Origin: Coleofasciculus sp. B1-GNL1-01
GTDB lineage: Bacteria; Cyanobacteriota; Cyanobacteriia; Cyanobacteriales; Coleofasciculaceae
Assembly: GCA_040220235.1 (NCBI GenBank)
Contig: JAVJTO010000031.1
Reading direction: 5' to 3' (one strand)
Length of the DNA: 64,000 nt
Positions 1-11,107 of this stretch are shown one piece after another. The notes under the pieces are model-generated. The model was not told the origin of the DNA. It saw nothing but the letters and a program-made list of their open reading frames with translations, and ran no database searches. Both the position numbers and the translations under genes were made by a program. How positions within the stretch are numbered: position 1 is the first letter of the stretch; every line of letters starts with the position of its first letter.

Positions 1-3
1 CCA

Positions 4-1332
4 TCAAGCACTCACATCAGCAACCGATTTAAACCGAGCAGTCTCGGCTAAAGCTGGGTTTACTCCAAACCAACGACCCAAGTCATCGCGGTATTCATAG
101 ACAAACATACTGCGTAACAGAGTTTGATATTCTTTTTCCCCGCGAATGGACTGCTGCTGAACCACCTGAAAGAGTAACTGCCATTCTGCATCCTCAACCG
201 CTAACGCCAGATCGTCCCGGTATCCCTTAATTACACTCTCTAAGCATTCGCGAGAAAAGGGTGGATCTTCTTGTTGCAGGCAGTTATACAGCAGTCCCAA
301 CAAGTTACGAATGTGACCCCCACTAATCCGACAGATGCGATCTAGGGTTTCGGGACTGTCAAAAACCTCTGGGATTAAATTTAAGCGCTCTTGGGGAGGA
401 ACCTGGGGAAACGCACGGGCTAAAACCAGTTGTCGGAGTAATGCCATTCCTTGCGGAAACTCCCGCCCATCTCGATACCAGATCGGCACCATGGGTAACA
501 CTTTAGGAGCCACACCCCCGCCCAAGCGATTCTTTAGGGTTTCGTACTCGTTCGAGAACATCAGCGCTAAGGGGATGGTATAAACCAGATGACAGCGTAA
601 GCGTCGCAATTGAGAGCCGCGATCGATAAACAAGTACTCAGGCTGCGATCGCCCCGCATGAACGGGTCGGGGATCAACGCGATCCAAGTTGTCTATAATC
701 ACGACTAACCCTTGTTTACCTCGTTGTTTAAGCTTTTTAATCGCCGGTTCAATGATTTCAGTATTAATCGCCTGCAAAATCCCTTGAGTACGAGGCTCTA
801 GGTGTTGTCTGAGCTGTTCGCGCAGTTGAGGACTATCTTTGGTTTTGGCAGTGACTTTGGCAATACCGACGGACAGTTCAGCCGCTACATCCACATCGAT
901 AGGCGTCTGTAAAAAATCATTAATCTCGTTGAAGAGTTTGTTAAAGTACCGGGGTTGGAGACGAATCCCGATCGCTTCCAGATTTTCACTCACTGACCGA
1001 GCGATGCTGAGTAAAATATCGCTAATATCAACATCTGCCATATCCAAGTCTTGAGACGACTCAAAATAGACAACGTGAAATTGTTCCGCCTCTAACTGAG
1101 CCTTCAAGCGAAACAATTCTGTAGACTTACCACAGCCAATATGTCCCGTAAAAAGCTGACAGGTAGGTTCATCCGGCGAAAGTCGTGCGATCGTGCGTCC
1201 TAAGGCTTCGATAATTTTGCCGCCCCGCACAGACGAAAAATTAATATAGTACTGACGATCCTCTGGATTGCCCATCACTAGAGTTCTAGCTGGGTTACAA
1301 GCTTTGAAAAAAGTAGGTAGATGCAGTTTCAT
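4..1332 (-). CDS. P-loop AAA+/KAP-like ATPase (cyanobacterial family)
   Basis: Walker A GHIGCGKS and Walker B VVIIDNLD. Likely start MKLHLP at 1332. The stop overlaps an ATG (TGATG) of a next gene running off the window edge. Confidence 0.8.
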   Translation of the reverse strand: MKLHLPTFFKACNPARTLVMGNPEDRQYYINFSSVRGGKIIEALGRTIARLSPDEPTCQLFTGHIGCGKSTELFRLKAQLEAEQFHVVYFESSQDLDMADVDISDILLSIARSVSENLEAIGIRLQPRYFNKLFNEINDFLQTPIDVDVAAELSVGIAKVTAKTKDSPQLREQLRQHLEPRTQGILQAINTEIIEPAIKKLKQRGKQGLVVIIDNLDRVDPRPVHAGRSQPEYLFIDRGSQLRRLRCHLVYTIPLALMFSNEYETLKNRLGGGVAPKVLPMVPIWYRDGREFPQGMALLRQLVLARAFPQVPPQERLNLIPEVFDSPETLDRICRISGGHIRNLLGLLYNCLQQEDPPFSRECLESVIKGYRDDLALAVEDAEWQLLFQVVQQQSIRGEKEYQTLLRSMFVYEYRDDLGRWFGVNPALAETARFKSVADVSA

Positions 1333-1427
1333 AAAGCAAGACTCTTGAGTCACCTGATTCAAGTAGAGCGTAAATCATTGACCGAACCCTTATACGTAGG
1401 GGTAATACCCCCTTTAGTGTAGAGGAG

Positions 1428-1545
1428 GGGGTGATGGGGTGATGGGGTGATGGGGGAGATGGGGGAGATGGGGAAGATGGGGGAGCAAATGACGAATGAC
1501 GAATGACGAATGACGAATGACGAATGACGAATGACAAATGACGAA
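1428..1545. repeat. STRR tandem repeats (GGGGTGAT/GGGGGAGAT, then AATGACG heptamers)
   Basis: Tandem arrays directly visible. Confidence 0.9.
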
Positions 1546-1694
1546 CCAATGGTTAAATGGGAAAAGTAGGTTAAGTTGACCAACAAACAAGCAAATTCAA
1601 TAGGCTGACGTTATTTCATCCGGATTCTTTACTCTCCCGGCAAGGAAAAATAGGATGGTGGCATTGATATATTTTGAACCTCTAGCGGTAGTAG

Positions 1695-2516
1695 ATGGCA
1701 AATATTGCATCAGTTTCCCAAGCCCAAATCAGTAATCGGCGACAACAGCTAAGACGCGCACGCCGAGTTAAATTTTTTCAGGCGCTGTGGCGATCGCTTA
1801 TGGTAGGCGGTATGGCTAGCGGTTTGATTTGGGCGATTACCTTACCCGATTGGGTAATTCGCCAACCGGAACAAATTGACATTGAGGGCAATCAATTTCT
1901 CTCAACTCAGGCGATTCGGTCGCTGCTCCCCTTATCCTATCCTCAATCACTCTGGCGAGTGGAACCCCAGGCGATCGCAGAGTCTCTCGAAGATGCTGCA
2001 CCCATTGCTGAAGCCACAGTAACTCGTCAACTTATGCCTCCGGGGTTGATCATTCAAGTGCAAGAACGCCAACCTGTGGCGATCGCTCAGGGGCAAACTC
2101 AGACAACCTCAGAACCAGGCTTTTTGGATGAACGAGGCGTCTGGATGCCCCAGAGTAGCTATCGTTCTCTCAAAGCCAATGTTGAGTTACCCACGCTGCA
2201 AGTGCGGGGTCAGAATGAACACTATCGTCCATACTGGTCGCAAGTGTATCCGGTTGTCCATCACTCTCCCGTCAAAATCCTGGAGATTGATTGGCGCAAC
2301 CCAGCCAATTTAATCTTGAAAACCGAATTAGGAAATGTGCATCTAGGATCGGATAGTTCCAAATTGGCGGAACAACTGGCAGTTTTGGATCGCATGAGAC
2401 AATTACCCACTCAGCTTCAACCTAGTCAAATCGCCTATATTGATCTCAAAAACCCAGACCGTCCGGTGATTCAGATGAATGCGGCAAGTGAAACCCCTAA
2501 ACCGGATCATGACTAA
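1695..2516 (+). CDS. ftsQ: cell division protein FtsQ/DivIB
   Basis: N-terminal TM segment, POTRA-like region, C-terminal YIDL motif; directly upstream of ftsZ. Confidence 0.9.
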   Translation: MANIASVSQAQISNRRQQLRRARRVKFFQALWRSLMVGGMASGLIWAITLPDWVIRQPEQIDIEGNQFLSTQAIRSLLPLSYPQSLWRVEPQAIAESLEDAAPIAEATVTRQLMPPGLIIQVQERQPVAIAQGQTQTTSEPGFLDERGVWMPQSSYRSLKANVELPTLQVRGQNEHYRPYWSQVYPVVHHSPVKILEIDWRNPANLILKTELGNVHLGSDSSKLAEQLAVLDRMRQLPTQLQPSQIAYIDLKNPDRPVIQMNAASETPKPDHD

Positions 2517-2706
2517 CCATGGCGGTAATAGTGGTATAAAAGAAAATTCAGCTATGCCCATTGGGGCAACTCTTGAGGAGAGTACCCTTCAAGAGTATTT
2601 ACAACAAACCGGGGTGTTCGTTGGTTTTTCAATCGACTTACCCTATAGTTGACTCAGATTGTTACATATAACTGATAAAGTTGATTATCAACCCTGACCT
2701 ATTCCA

Positions 2707-3975
2707 ATGACGCTTAATAGTAAACTAGGGCTTGTCCATCAAAGCTCTCCGATAACGCTGAATACCGATCTTTCAGTTGGAGCGGAGAATACCCATCCCT
2801 TCAGCAACTCTGGGTTGCAGTTTAGTCAACCCCATGATTATGATTCCAAAGGGATTCCCAGGGAAGACGCGAGGAGCGACAACATTTTGCCAGGTAATGT
2901 TGCCAGAATTAAAGTGGTTGGTGTTGGTGGTGGCGGTGGTAATGCCGTCAACCGGATGATTGCCAGTGAAGTGGCTGGGATCGAGTTTTGGTCAATTAAT
3001 ACCGATTCTCAAGCCCTTTCTCAAAACTCCGCCGCCAAACGCTTGCAGGTGGGTCAGAAGTTGACACGAGGACTCGGTGCGGGGGGAAATCCCGCCATTG
3101 GTCAAAAAGCCGCAGAAGAATCTCGTGATGAAATTGCCCAAGCCCTAGCCGAGTCCGATTTGGTTTTCATTACAGCCGGGATGGGTGGCGGTACAGGAAC
3201 GGGTGCAGCACCAATTGTGGCAGAAATCGCCAAAGAAATGGGCGCGTTAACGGTGGGCGTAGTCACTCGCCCGTTTACCTTTGAAGGACGCCGCCGCACG
3301 TCTCAAGCGGAGGAAGGGATTGCGGCGCTGCAAAGTCGCGTCGATACTCTAATCGTGATTCCCAATAATAAGCTGTTGTCGGTGATTTCTGAACAAACAC
3401 CCGTTCAAGATGCGTTTAGAGTTGCCGATGATATCCTGCGTCAAGGTGTACAAGGGATTTCAGATATTATCACCGTTCCAGGGTTAGTGAATGTCGATTT
3501 TGCTGATGTTCGAGCTGTTATGGCAGATGCGGGTTCAGCGTTAATGGGAATTGGTGTAGGTTCCGGTAAATCCCGCGCTAGAGAAGCGGCGGTGGCAGCG
3601 ATTTCCTCGCCGCTGCTGGAGTCGTCGGTGGAAGGCGCTAGAGGGGTAGTTTTTAATATTACAGGTGGTAGTGATCTGACGCTACACGAAGTTAATGCGG
3701 CGGCGGAAACAATTTACGAGGTGGTTGATCCTAACGCTAATATTATTTTTGGTGCTGTGATTGATGACAGGCTGCAAGGTGAAATTAGAATTACGGTGAT
3801 TGCCACGGGATTTAGTGGTGAAGTGCCACCTCCCCCACCTGTCAATGAAGTTCCCCGTTATACGCGACCAGTCACACCGAGACCTAATCCGCCAAACCCT
3901 GCACCAGAACCGAAAAGCCGACCGGGACTAGATATTCCCGAATTTTTGCAACGGCGTCGTTTTCCCAGAAGCTAG
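2707..3975 (+). CDS. ftsZ: cell division protein FtsZ
   Basis: GGGTGTG tubulin signature, [15 protein letters not shown]-terminal LDIPEFL peptide. Confidence 0.99.
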   Translation: MTLNSKLGLVHQSSPITLNTDLSVGAENTHPFSNSGLQFSQPHDYDSKGIPREDARSDNILPGNVARIKVVGVGGGGGNAVNRMIASEVAGIEFWSINTDSQALSQNSAAKRLQVGQKLTRGLGAGGNPAIGQKAAEESRDEIAQALAESDLVFITAGMGGGTGTGAAPIVAEIAKEMGALTVGVVTRPFTFEGRRRTSQAEEGIAALQSRVDTLIVIPNNKLLSVISEQTPVQDAFRVADDILRQGVQGISDIITVPGLVNVDFADVRAVMADAGSALMGIGVGSGKSRAREAAVAAISSPLLESSVEGARGVVFNITGGSDLTLHEVNAAAETIYEVVDPNANIIFGAVIDDRLQGEIRITVIATGFSGEVPPPPPVNEVPRYTRPVTPRPNPPNPAPEPKSRPGLDIPEFLQRRRFPRS

Positions 3976-4094
3976 TACGAGAAGGTAGGGAAGCAGGGGA
4001 AGCAATGTAGAGACGTGCCATGGCGCGTCTGGAAGCTGGGGGAGTTAACTTAAAACGCTTACTGTTAACTGTTAATTGTTAACTGACAAAACTG

Positions 4095-4895
4095 ATGCAA
4101 GTACCAGTAGCGCTGACAATAGCCGGATCAGATAGCGGCGGTGGGGCGGGAATTCAGGCAGATTTGAAAACCTATGCCTTTCACCGGGTTCATGGTGCGA
4201 GTGTCCTGACTTGTGTCACCGCCCAGAATACTCAAGGGGTCAACCGCGTTGATGCTTTGCCAGTCGCCGCCGTTGTTGCTCAAATTGAGGCGGTGGTGTG
4301 CGATATGGGGACTCAGGCAACCAAAACGGGCATGTTACTCAACGCCGAGATTATTAATGCTGTAGTGTCTCAGGTTAAGAGTTTCCAGCTTGAACCTCTT
4401 GTTGTTGATCCGGTGATGGTATCGCGCACAGGAGACCAACTGATTGATGATCAGGCGGTAACGTCTTTGCGAGAAGGTTTGATTCCTCTGGCAACGATAG
4501 TGACACCCAATCGTTATGAAGCTCAATTACTCAGTGGTTTAGAGATTCATACCCTTGATGATATGCGATCGGCTGCCCAACGCATTTATCAACTGGGAGC
4601 AAACGCTGTCTTAGTTAAAGGCGGTGCGATGAGGGGTGATCTGTGTGGGGTCGATGTCTGGTTTGATGGGTCTCAGTTCTACACCCTGAAAACAACGTTG
4701 ATTGAAACCAAGAATAATCACGGCACAGGTTGTACACTCAGTAGTGCGATCGCGGCGAATTTGGCGATGGGCAAAAATCCACTCACCGCCGTGCAAAGGG
4801 CAAAGGAGTATGTGACAACAGCCCTGCAACACGCTCTCGACATTGGTCAAGGATATGGACCTGTCGGGCATTTTTTCCCATTATTGCCCGCTTGA
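4095..4895 (+). CDS. thiD: hydroxymethylpyrimidine/phosphomethylpyrimidine kinase
   Basis: ALTIAGSDSGGGAGIQADLK and HGTGCTLS motifs. Confidence 0.97.
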   Translation: MQVPVALTIAGSDSGGGAGIQADLKTYAFHRVHGASVLTCVTAQNTQGVNRVDALPVAAVVAQIEAVVCDMGTQATKTGMLLNAEIINAVVSQVKSFQLEPLVVDPVMVSRTGDQLIDDQAVTSLREGLIPLATIVTPNRYEAQLLSGLEIHTLDDMRSAAQRIYQLGANAVLVKGGAMRGDLCGVDVWFDGSQFYTLKTTLIETKNNHGTGCTLSSAIAANLAMGKNPLTAVQRAKEYVTTALQHALDIGQGYGPVGHFFPLLPA

Positions 4896-5100
4896 TGACC
4901 GGAAATGGCAAAAAGATGGGGTTAATGTTAAATAGCATTGAACTCTTCTCGAAAGAGGCGAATAGTGTAAGATAGGCGTCGTATAATTGCCACAGTAATG
5001 GAGCTAGGAGATCAGCGGCAGGATGGTTACAACTCTACCTAGATCGTTCACTACCCCACCTATGCTCATCCCATAAACAAGGTATCCAGCCGCGAATTAA

Positions 5101-5700
5101 ATGAATTCTAATCCCCCAATTAATCCTTCTATGCAAAATCCGCCAACCGACCGTTATAGCCCGTCAACCGCTGCCAATACTTATTGCCCGTCAGTGCCAA
5201 TCTCTGTATACCGGGAACTAGCGGCTGAGTTACAAGCAGCCCAAGCGATGTTGGATTCCCTCAATGGTCAAAATAAGCAGTTGGTCAAACAAAACCAAAA
5301 ACTGCGCCAAGAAGTGGAAAAAGTGCTGCAATCGAGCCAACATCTCCAGCAGGTAGTGGATTCATTGACACCCGTCACCGGGGTGGAAATGCCTCGACGC
5401 CAATCGATTCCCTCAGCATCCCATCCCACCCCGTCAATCCCTAAATCACCTAAATCCGCTCCCTCTAGGGTAGGGGTTGAGGTTCCCCCTCCTCATCCCC
5501 AGTTAGACCCCCTTTCCTCGCCTTACAGAGAAAGTTTCGTCATTGAACAGGGAGACTCTCGTTCCCGGCGTACATCCGCCTCTGAGGGTCACAGAGAGGT
5601 CAATGGTTGGTTTTTAGTCTTAGCCATCGTGTTGATTGTACTCAGTGCCTTTGGTGCAGGTTTTCTGATTGTACGACCCTTATTAAATAACAATCGTTAA
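5101..5700 (+). CDS. conserved hypothetical coiled-coil protein with C-terminal TM anchor
   Basis: PSVPISVYRELAAEL coiled coil, Pro-rich linker, C-terminal hydrophobic helix. Confidence 0.75.
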   Translation: MNSNPPINPSMQNPPTDRYSPSTAANTYCPSVPISVYRELAAELQAAQAMLDSLNGQNKQLVKQNQKLRQEVEKVLQSSQHLQQVVDSLTPVTGVEMPRRQSIPSASHPTPSIPKSPKSAPSRVGVEVPPPHPQLDPLSSPYRESFVIEQGDSRSRRTSASEGHREVNGWFLVLAIVLIVLSAFGAGFLIVRPLLNNNR

Positions 5701-5707
5701 TTGTCCA

Positions 5708-5796
5708 ATGGCGAATGACGTAGCTTGCTTCTTGTCAAGAGCGAGTACGACAAAGGACAAATGACAAATGACAAATGACAAATGACAAATGACGAA
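5708..5796. repeat. STRR heptamer array (ACAAATG) with an inserted 27-bp dispersed repeat
   Basis: Tandem repeats between convergent genes; TAGCTTGCTT...GCGAGTA insert at 5721-5747. Confidence 0.85.
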
Positions 5797-6201
5797 TTAA
5801 AGATTCGTAGAAATTGCCTGAACTGGACAAGTGGGGATACACTGCTCACAGACAATACACCGCGATCGCGTAAAGTTGAGTCGAAAGTCATCGGGGTTCA
5901 GGGTTAAGGCTTCTGTGGGACACACACCCGTACACAATCCACAATCGACACAACTGGTTTCGTCAATCAAGATTTCTCGGTCAATCAGGGATACATTGAT
6001 ATCGTGCGATCGCATCCACTCAATGGCAGCATCAAGCTGATCGATATCTCCTGAGAGTTCCACCACGAGTTTGCCAATTTGATTGGGGGCAACTTGAGCG
6101 CGGATAATATTGGCGGCGACATTGAAATCCTTTGCCAGTCGGTAGGTTACTGGCATTTGGACTGTGCGTTTTGGAAAGGTGAGGGTTAGCCGTTTTTTCA
6201 T
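5797..6201 (-). CDS. NIL-domain 2x[4Fe-4S] ferredoxin
   Basis: N-terminal NIL domain plus two CxxCxxCxxxCP motifs. Confidence 0.93.
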   Translation of the reverse strand: MKKRLTLTFPKRTVQMPVTYRLAKDFNVAANIIRAQVAPNQIGKLVVELSGDIDQLDAAIEWMRSHDINVSLIDREILIDETSCVDCGLCTGVCPTEALTLNPDDFRLNFTRSRCIVCEQCIPTCPVQAISTNL

Positions 6202-6271
6202 GGTCTTGTTAGCCTATGGACAGCATCGTTTTGATGAAACTTGACAAGTTGTAACTTAAATTGCGTTAAAC

Positions 6272-6871
6272 ATGACCGCGAATTCCCCAGACTCCGGCTC
6301 TCCATCTCCCCAGACACCTAAAGCAAGTCTCAGCTCTCGGCTGAGAAATTTTATAATTGCCCTAGTCGCCATCATTCTTGGCGTTGCCCTATTCTTAGGA
6401 TTACAAACACAGACGGGTTCGGCTTCTCTCGATGCCCAAGCTGAGGAATCTACCCCCCTAGAAGTTGCCATGAGTAATGGCAAGCCAACCTTAATGGAGT
6501 TCTATGCTAACTGGTGTACTACTTGTCAAGCCATGGCGCAAGACTTGGGGGAATTGAAACAACAGTACACCGACTCGGTTAATTTTGTGATGCTGAATGT
6601 GGATAACAGCAAGTGGTTACCCGAAATTCTCAACTACCGAGTCGATGGTATCCCCCATTTTGTGTTTTTAGACGCCCAAGGCGAAGCCATTGCCCAAACG
6701 ATTGGGGAACAACCTCGCCCAGTTTTAGAGGCGAACTTAGAAGCCTTGGTCGCTGACCTACCTTTACCCTATACTCAAGGTGATGGACAAGTCTCTACAT
6801 TTAAAGCGCCTGTGTCATCGTCAAAGGCGTCTCCAGATGATCCTCGGAGTCATGGCAGTCAGGTTAATTAG
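6272..6871 (+). CDS. txlA: membrane-anchored thioredoxin-like thiol:disulfide oxidoreductase (TxlA/HCF164 type)
   Basis: TM helix, FYANWCTTC, VDGIPHFVFL. Confidence 0.85.
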   Translation: MTANSPDSGSPSPQTPKASLSSRLRNFIIALVAIILGVALFLGLQTQTGSASLDAQAEESTPLEVAMSNGKPTLMEFYANWCTTCQAMAQDLGELKQQYTDSVNFVMLNVDNSKWLPEILNYRVDGIPHFVFLDAQGEAIAQTIGEQPRPVLEANLEALVADLPLPYTQGDGQVSTFKAPVSSSKASPDDPRSHGSQVN

Positions 6872-7065
6872 TCAGCACCGTTTAACGTGAACAGTTAGGA
6901 GCATCATTTGTCCTTTGCCTTATGTCTTATGTAGGAGTTTGAGGAAAACCCTTGCCAAAAAAAAATCTACCAATAGTAAAGTTTTCGTTACAGAGTTTTG
7001 GAGGCAGAGGCTTCACTCTATTATCTTGGAGATGGGAGAGCTATTAGGCTACTAGGAGGATAAAA

Positions 7066-7359
7066 ATGGCAGATCAACACTCCCCAGCCAATTACACCAG
7101 CGCAGACTTAGAGAAGGCGGCACTCAGCCGATTTCGTTCTCTTATATCGTTTCTACCTAAAAATTGTAAATTATTTCGAGAACTCTGGAACCGTTCTACA
7201 GTATTATGCTTAGACTTTGAAAATTGCCCTAACTTTCTTGATCAGGTTATGGGTCAATCTTTTTTACTACTACTCGTCGCCCATTACTTAGGATTAGCAG
7301 ACTCTGTACTTTTCCGAAGAGGTAAAAAGGTAATGGGATGGATGACTATGATGACCTAG
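7066..7359 (+). CDS. hypothetical protein
   Basis: AGGAGG RBS upstream of ATG; 97-aa ORF. Confidence 0.7.
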   Translation: MADQHSPANYTSADLEKAALSRFRSLISFLPKNCKLFRELWNRSTVLCLDFENCPNFLDQVMGQSFLLLLVAHYLGLADSVLFRRGKKVMGWMTMMT

Positions 7360-7625
7360 CACATTCATTCAATAAGCCCAGTTAGGCGGTCACGCTGTTG
7401 ATTAGCAAATCAAGCGTTATGTCAAGATTGGGCAAATTATAACCCTTACACAGGATAAATGACAAAGGATCTAGCTTGCTTCTTGTCGGGAGCGAGTATG
7501 ACGATTCCAGCTTGAACTTTAATTGTGTCCACTGACTTGGGTAATTGCAGAATCTGTAACGATTGCTACTGTGCTGCCTATGAGTTTAATGAACCATAGA
7601 CTTGATTTATTCCTTCCGTAGTTTT

Positions 7626-7865
7626 ATGACGCTGATACTTTGGTCAATAACTTTACTGATTGCCTTAATAGCCTTCTACCTCAGCATTAAAGTTACTGAA
7701 GAAATAGAACGAGTGGCGGCTGTACTCACTGCCTTAATCTGCTTAATATTTTGCTTGTTTTTTGCTCCGTTGCCGATAAAAATAACAATTCTACTCCTTC
7801 TCCTCGTTAGTCTCAACTACACAGTTAATTTAATTAGTCGATATATTTCATCTGACTCTGATTAA
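7626..7865 (+). CDS. small hydrophobic membrane protein
   Basis: Three hydrophobic segments; ATG start MTLILW. Confidence 0.6.
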   Translation: MTLILWSITLLIALIAFYLSIKVTEEIERVAAVLTALICLIFCLFFAPLPIKITILLLLLVSLNYTVNLISRYISSDSD

Positions 7866-8065
7866 CACAACTCAATCCGGGTTAACTACTCCCTGCTGGA
7901 ATAGGGAGAAGCTCCAAGGCTACAAGGCAGGGGGGTAGAGGGTAGAGGTTAAAAGGGTAATGCTTTCTCCCTCTAAAAATCCAAAATTTTCCTGACATTA
8001 TTACCTGGTACTGTTAATGATAATATTGACATGACGTAAATTGGCTGAAACGTTGAGGAGAAATC

Positions 8066-8581
8066 ATGAATAAGAAGAATCTGCTTCGCAATATTCTCAT
8101 CGGTACGGGTGTGGCTGCGGTTGGTGGTATTGGAACGAAAATGGCGGTTGATTATTTACGCAACCGAGACCAAGAAGAAGTGGTTGATGAAAGTCAAGAA
8201 GAAGCAGAACCTGCATCTGAAGAAGAAGTTGCTTATGCGACAGTTGCCACAGATTCGGTACAAAGTTTCCTTGATGCTAGCTTTGGTGATGAAGGTCGTT
8301 ATACGCCCACTCGTCCGCCTAAGGTTTTCGAGTATCAGGGACAACAATATATGGTGATTTGGGCTTACGACAATCAGAAAGATAAAAATCAAATGTTGGC
8401 ATTTGCTTACACCGATGAAGGGCGGAAAATGATTGCTAGTGTGGGGTATACAGCCGACACAACAGATTATAATGTGAACCTGGAAGATACCCCCTTCTGT
8501 GTTGATGTAAATGGAGAACAAGTTACATCAGGACAAGGTGAAACCTCTGGCGCAGAAGAGGTGGACTTTGTTTTAGCTTAA
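8066..8581 (+). CDS. acidic hypothetical protein with N-terminal membrane-associated segment
   Basis: GAGGAG RBS; 171-aa ORF. Confidence 0.8.
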   Translation: MNKKNLLRNILIGTGVAAVGGIGTKMAVDYLRNRDQEEVVDESQEEAEPASEEEVAYATVATDSVQSFLDASFGDEGRYTPTRPPKVFEYQGQQYMVIWAYDNQKDKNQMLAFAYTDEGRKMIASVGYTADTTDYNVNLEDTPFCVDVNGEQVTSGQGETSGAEEVDFVLA

Positions 8582-8680
8582 GCTGAATTGAATTGGGTTT
8601 AATATTACCCGTTGTGGTAGGATGAGGTGGTTTAAACAACCACCTTATTTTAATTTATTTGTCGTTATCCTAAAAATCGA

Positions 8681-9340
8681 ATGACCAGTGATTTGCAACC
8701 CACCCTAAACGTACAAGCTGCTATTGAACAGCGCCGTGCGGCGCGTTCTTTTCGCCCGGATACGATTCCGGAGGCTATTTTAACAGAAATATTTCGCTTA
8801 GGCGTGCGATCGCCCTCCGGTTACAACCTGCAACCCTGGCGATTTGTAGTGGTGCGGGAAGCGGCGAATCGGGAAAAACTCAAAACCTGTGCCTTTAATC
8901 AGCGTCAGGTGGGAGAAGCTCCGGTAATATTAATTTGTTGTGGCGATCGGCGCATCAACCAAAAGGAGTATATTGAATCCGTGATTCAATTGGGACAAGA
9001 AGCTGGTGCAATGAATGACGCCTATGCTGATACACTGCGATCGGCGGTTCCTCAGTTATTTGAAAATAAACCCTGTTTTGACTCCATAGAAGCCTGGACA
9101 AATCGCCATACGATGTTAGCCGTGGCGCATTTAATGATTGTGGCAAAAAGTTTTGGCGTCGATACCTGTCCCATGGAAGGATTTACCACTGCACAAGTAA
9201 AGGAAGCGTTTAATATTCCAGCAGATGTGGATGTTTGCTGTTTGTTGGCGATGGGATATGCGGCTGAACCATTTAAAGAATACGGCGGACGCTTTGATGT
9301 TGAGCAGGTTTTTTATCAAGAAAGTTTTGGTGAATCATAA
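8681..9340 (+). CDS. nitroreductase family protein
   Basis: RRAARSF, SPSGYNLQPWRF and CPMEGF motifs. Confidence 0.93.
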   Translation: MTSDLQPTLNVQAAIEQRRAARSFRPDTIPEAILTEIFRLGVRSPSGYNLQPWRFVVVREAANREKLKTCAFNQRQVGEAPVILICCGDRRINQKEYIESVIQLGQEAGAMNDAYADTLRSAVPQLFENKPCFDSIEAWTNRHTMLAVAHLMIVAKSFGVDTCPMEGFTTAQVKEAFNIPADVDVCCLLAMGYAAEPFKEYGGRFDVEQVFYQESFGES

Positions 9341-9404
9341 GTAGTTATCTCTGTCCGGTTAACTAAGTTTCCAGAGGCAGAGGGGGAAAGATAAGATAGT
9401 AACA

Positions 9405-10004
9405 ATGGATATAACAATTCAGTCTCAATCCCTCCCGATTCAAGGAGCGACCATTCATTATCGAGAAGCGGGCAATCCGACAGCGCCTTCAGTGCTATTT
9501 TTGCATGGCGCAAGTTTTAGTTCCCAGACGTGGCAAGACATTGGCAGTTTAAAATTATTGGCGGAAAACGGATATCGGGCTGTAGCAATTGATTTGCCCG
9601 GTTATGGTCAATCTCAGGAAATATCTGGTTCTCCTGAAGCATTTTTACGGGAATTCATTGTGCAATTAAACTTGCCAAAGCCCATTCTTGTTTCTCCTTC
9701 CATGAGTGGCAACTATAGCTTGCCATTTCTTGGCAAGCATCCAGACATGTTAAAAGGATTTGTTGCTGTTGCGCCTGTGGGGATTTCTCGATTGAGTTCT
9801 CAATTACAAAGAATAGAACTCCCTATCCTAGCAATTTGGGGAAGTAATGATAATATTGTACCCGTGGCACAAGCCGATAAATTACTGCAAGCCATTCCCA
9901 CTGGTAAAAAAGTTATTTTAGCTGAGGCAGGTCATGCTTGTTATATGAATAAAACCGATGAATTCCATCATCATTTGCTTGAGTTTATTCAAGCTAATAA
10001 TTAA
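9405..10004 (+). CDS. alpha/beta hydrolase (ABHD14-like)
   Basis: LFLHG, DLPGYG, SPSMSG nucleophile elbow, AGHACY. Confidence 0.9.
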   Translation: MDITIQSQSLPIQGATIHYREAGNPTAPSVLFLHGASFSSQTWQDIGSLKLLAENGYRAVAIDLPGYGQSQEISGSPEAFLREFIVQLNLPKPILVSPSMSGNYSLPFLGKHPDMLKGFVAVAPVGISRLSSQLQRIELPILAIWGSNDNIVPVAQADKLLQAIPTGKKVILAEAGHACYMNKTDEFHHHLLEFIQANN

Positions 10005-10035
10005 TGATTCATCGTTAATTAATCTCTGGAAATCC

Positions 10036-10479
10036 ATGCCTATTTTGAATAAATTACTCGAAATCGAAACGGAGTCAGGAATTACTATCTGTAATGTGAC
10101 GCCTCACATTGAGAAGCTTTTAGCACAAACCTCTATTCACAATGGGCAAGTGCTTATCTTTTCCCGCCACACAACCACAGCCTTAGCGATTAATGAAAAT
10201 GAACAACGATTGTTAGAGGATATTAAGGTTTATCTGAGAAAATTAGCGCCAGACTCTGACCGCTATTTACATAATGATTTACACCTAAGAGATGTGCCAG
10301 ACAATGAGCCGATGAATGCTCATTCGCATCTTATGGCAATGACACTGAGTACCAGTGAGGTAATTCCGATTGTTGATGGCAAGTTAGCACTGGGAACCTG
10401 GCAATCGGTCTTATTTTTTGATTTAGATGGTCCGCGAAAACGGACGCTATTTGTGCAAATTACTGGGGAGAGGAGATGA
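10036..10479 (+). CDS. yjbQ: YjbQ family protein (secondary thiamine-phosphate synthase enzyme)
   Basis: HTTTALAINENE, NAHSHL, LGTWQ and DGPR motifs. Confidence 0.92.
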   Translation: MPILNKLLEIETESGITICNVTPHIEKLLAQTSIHNGQVLIFSRHTTTALAINENEQRLLEDIKVYLRKLAPDSDRYLHNDLHLRDVPDNEPMNAHSHLMAMTLSTSEVIPIVDGKLALGTWQSVLFFDLDGPRKRTLFVQITGERR

Positions 10480-10836
10480 GAGTGTCTTTCACCCTCATCG
10501 AGTTGTCTTAACCGATTCCTCGTACTTTATGGGTCACATTCGGGTATTATTGGTGTTTACGCCAATATCTGGTATCAGTAACCTAGCTAAATCCCCAAAA
10601 AATTTGTAGGACTACGATACAAATTTCTCAGGCAATACGTTTAGACTCACTGGGAGCAAATTGGCGGAGTTCCATCACTATTTTCTTTAACAACAAGGAG
10701 AACAACAATGACCCGTGCGTTGCAATTCATCTTCGGGTTAGCCTTTGCTATATGCTTGGGAATAGCACCCCGCGATCGCGGTAGAACGTCCCTTCGATTT
10801 GACGGGAACAGGCACATTATAGGTAATGACTGATGA

Positions 10837-10964
10837 TAAGCTGTTCGGCATTTAAACCTTAATATCAATAATGGCTAAATCCTTGTAGTGCGTTAAGCGA
10901 AGCCATGCCGCAGGCTTTGCATCTTGCTCGCTACTAATACCCAATTTAAATGCATGACAGCTTA
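10837..10964. mobile_element. 128-bp MITE-like element, copy 1
   Basis: Terminal inverted repeats TAAGCTGT-N3-GCATTTAAA / TTTAAATGC-N3-ACAGCTTA; near-identical copy at 39869-39996. Confidence 0.8.
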
Positions 10965-11107
10965 ACGGACAGTTGACCAGTGGTGAGCTTAATGCTTCGG
11001 GTACAGCGACCTACTTAGGAAAATGGACTCAAACTGGAAACTTGACGTAAGGAAATGATATTGTAGAGACGTTGCCTGCAATGTCTCTACTCTCAGAGGG
11101 AAAGCTT

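Noticed and set aside
335..1054. Antisense and alternate-frame ORFs inside long genes throughout the window
   Set aside because: Shadow ORFs of well-supported genes, with no motifs or RBS
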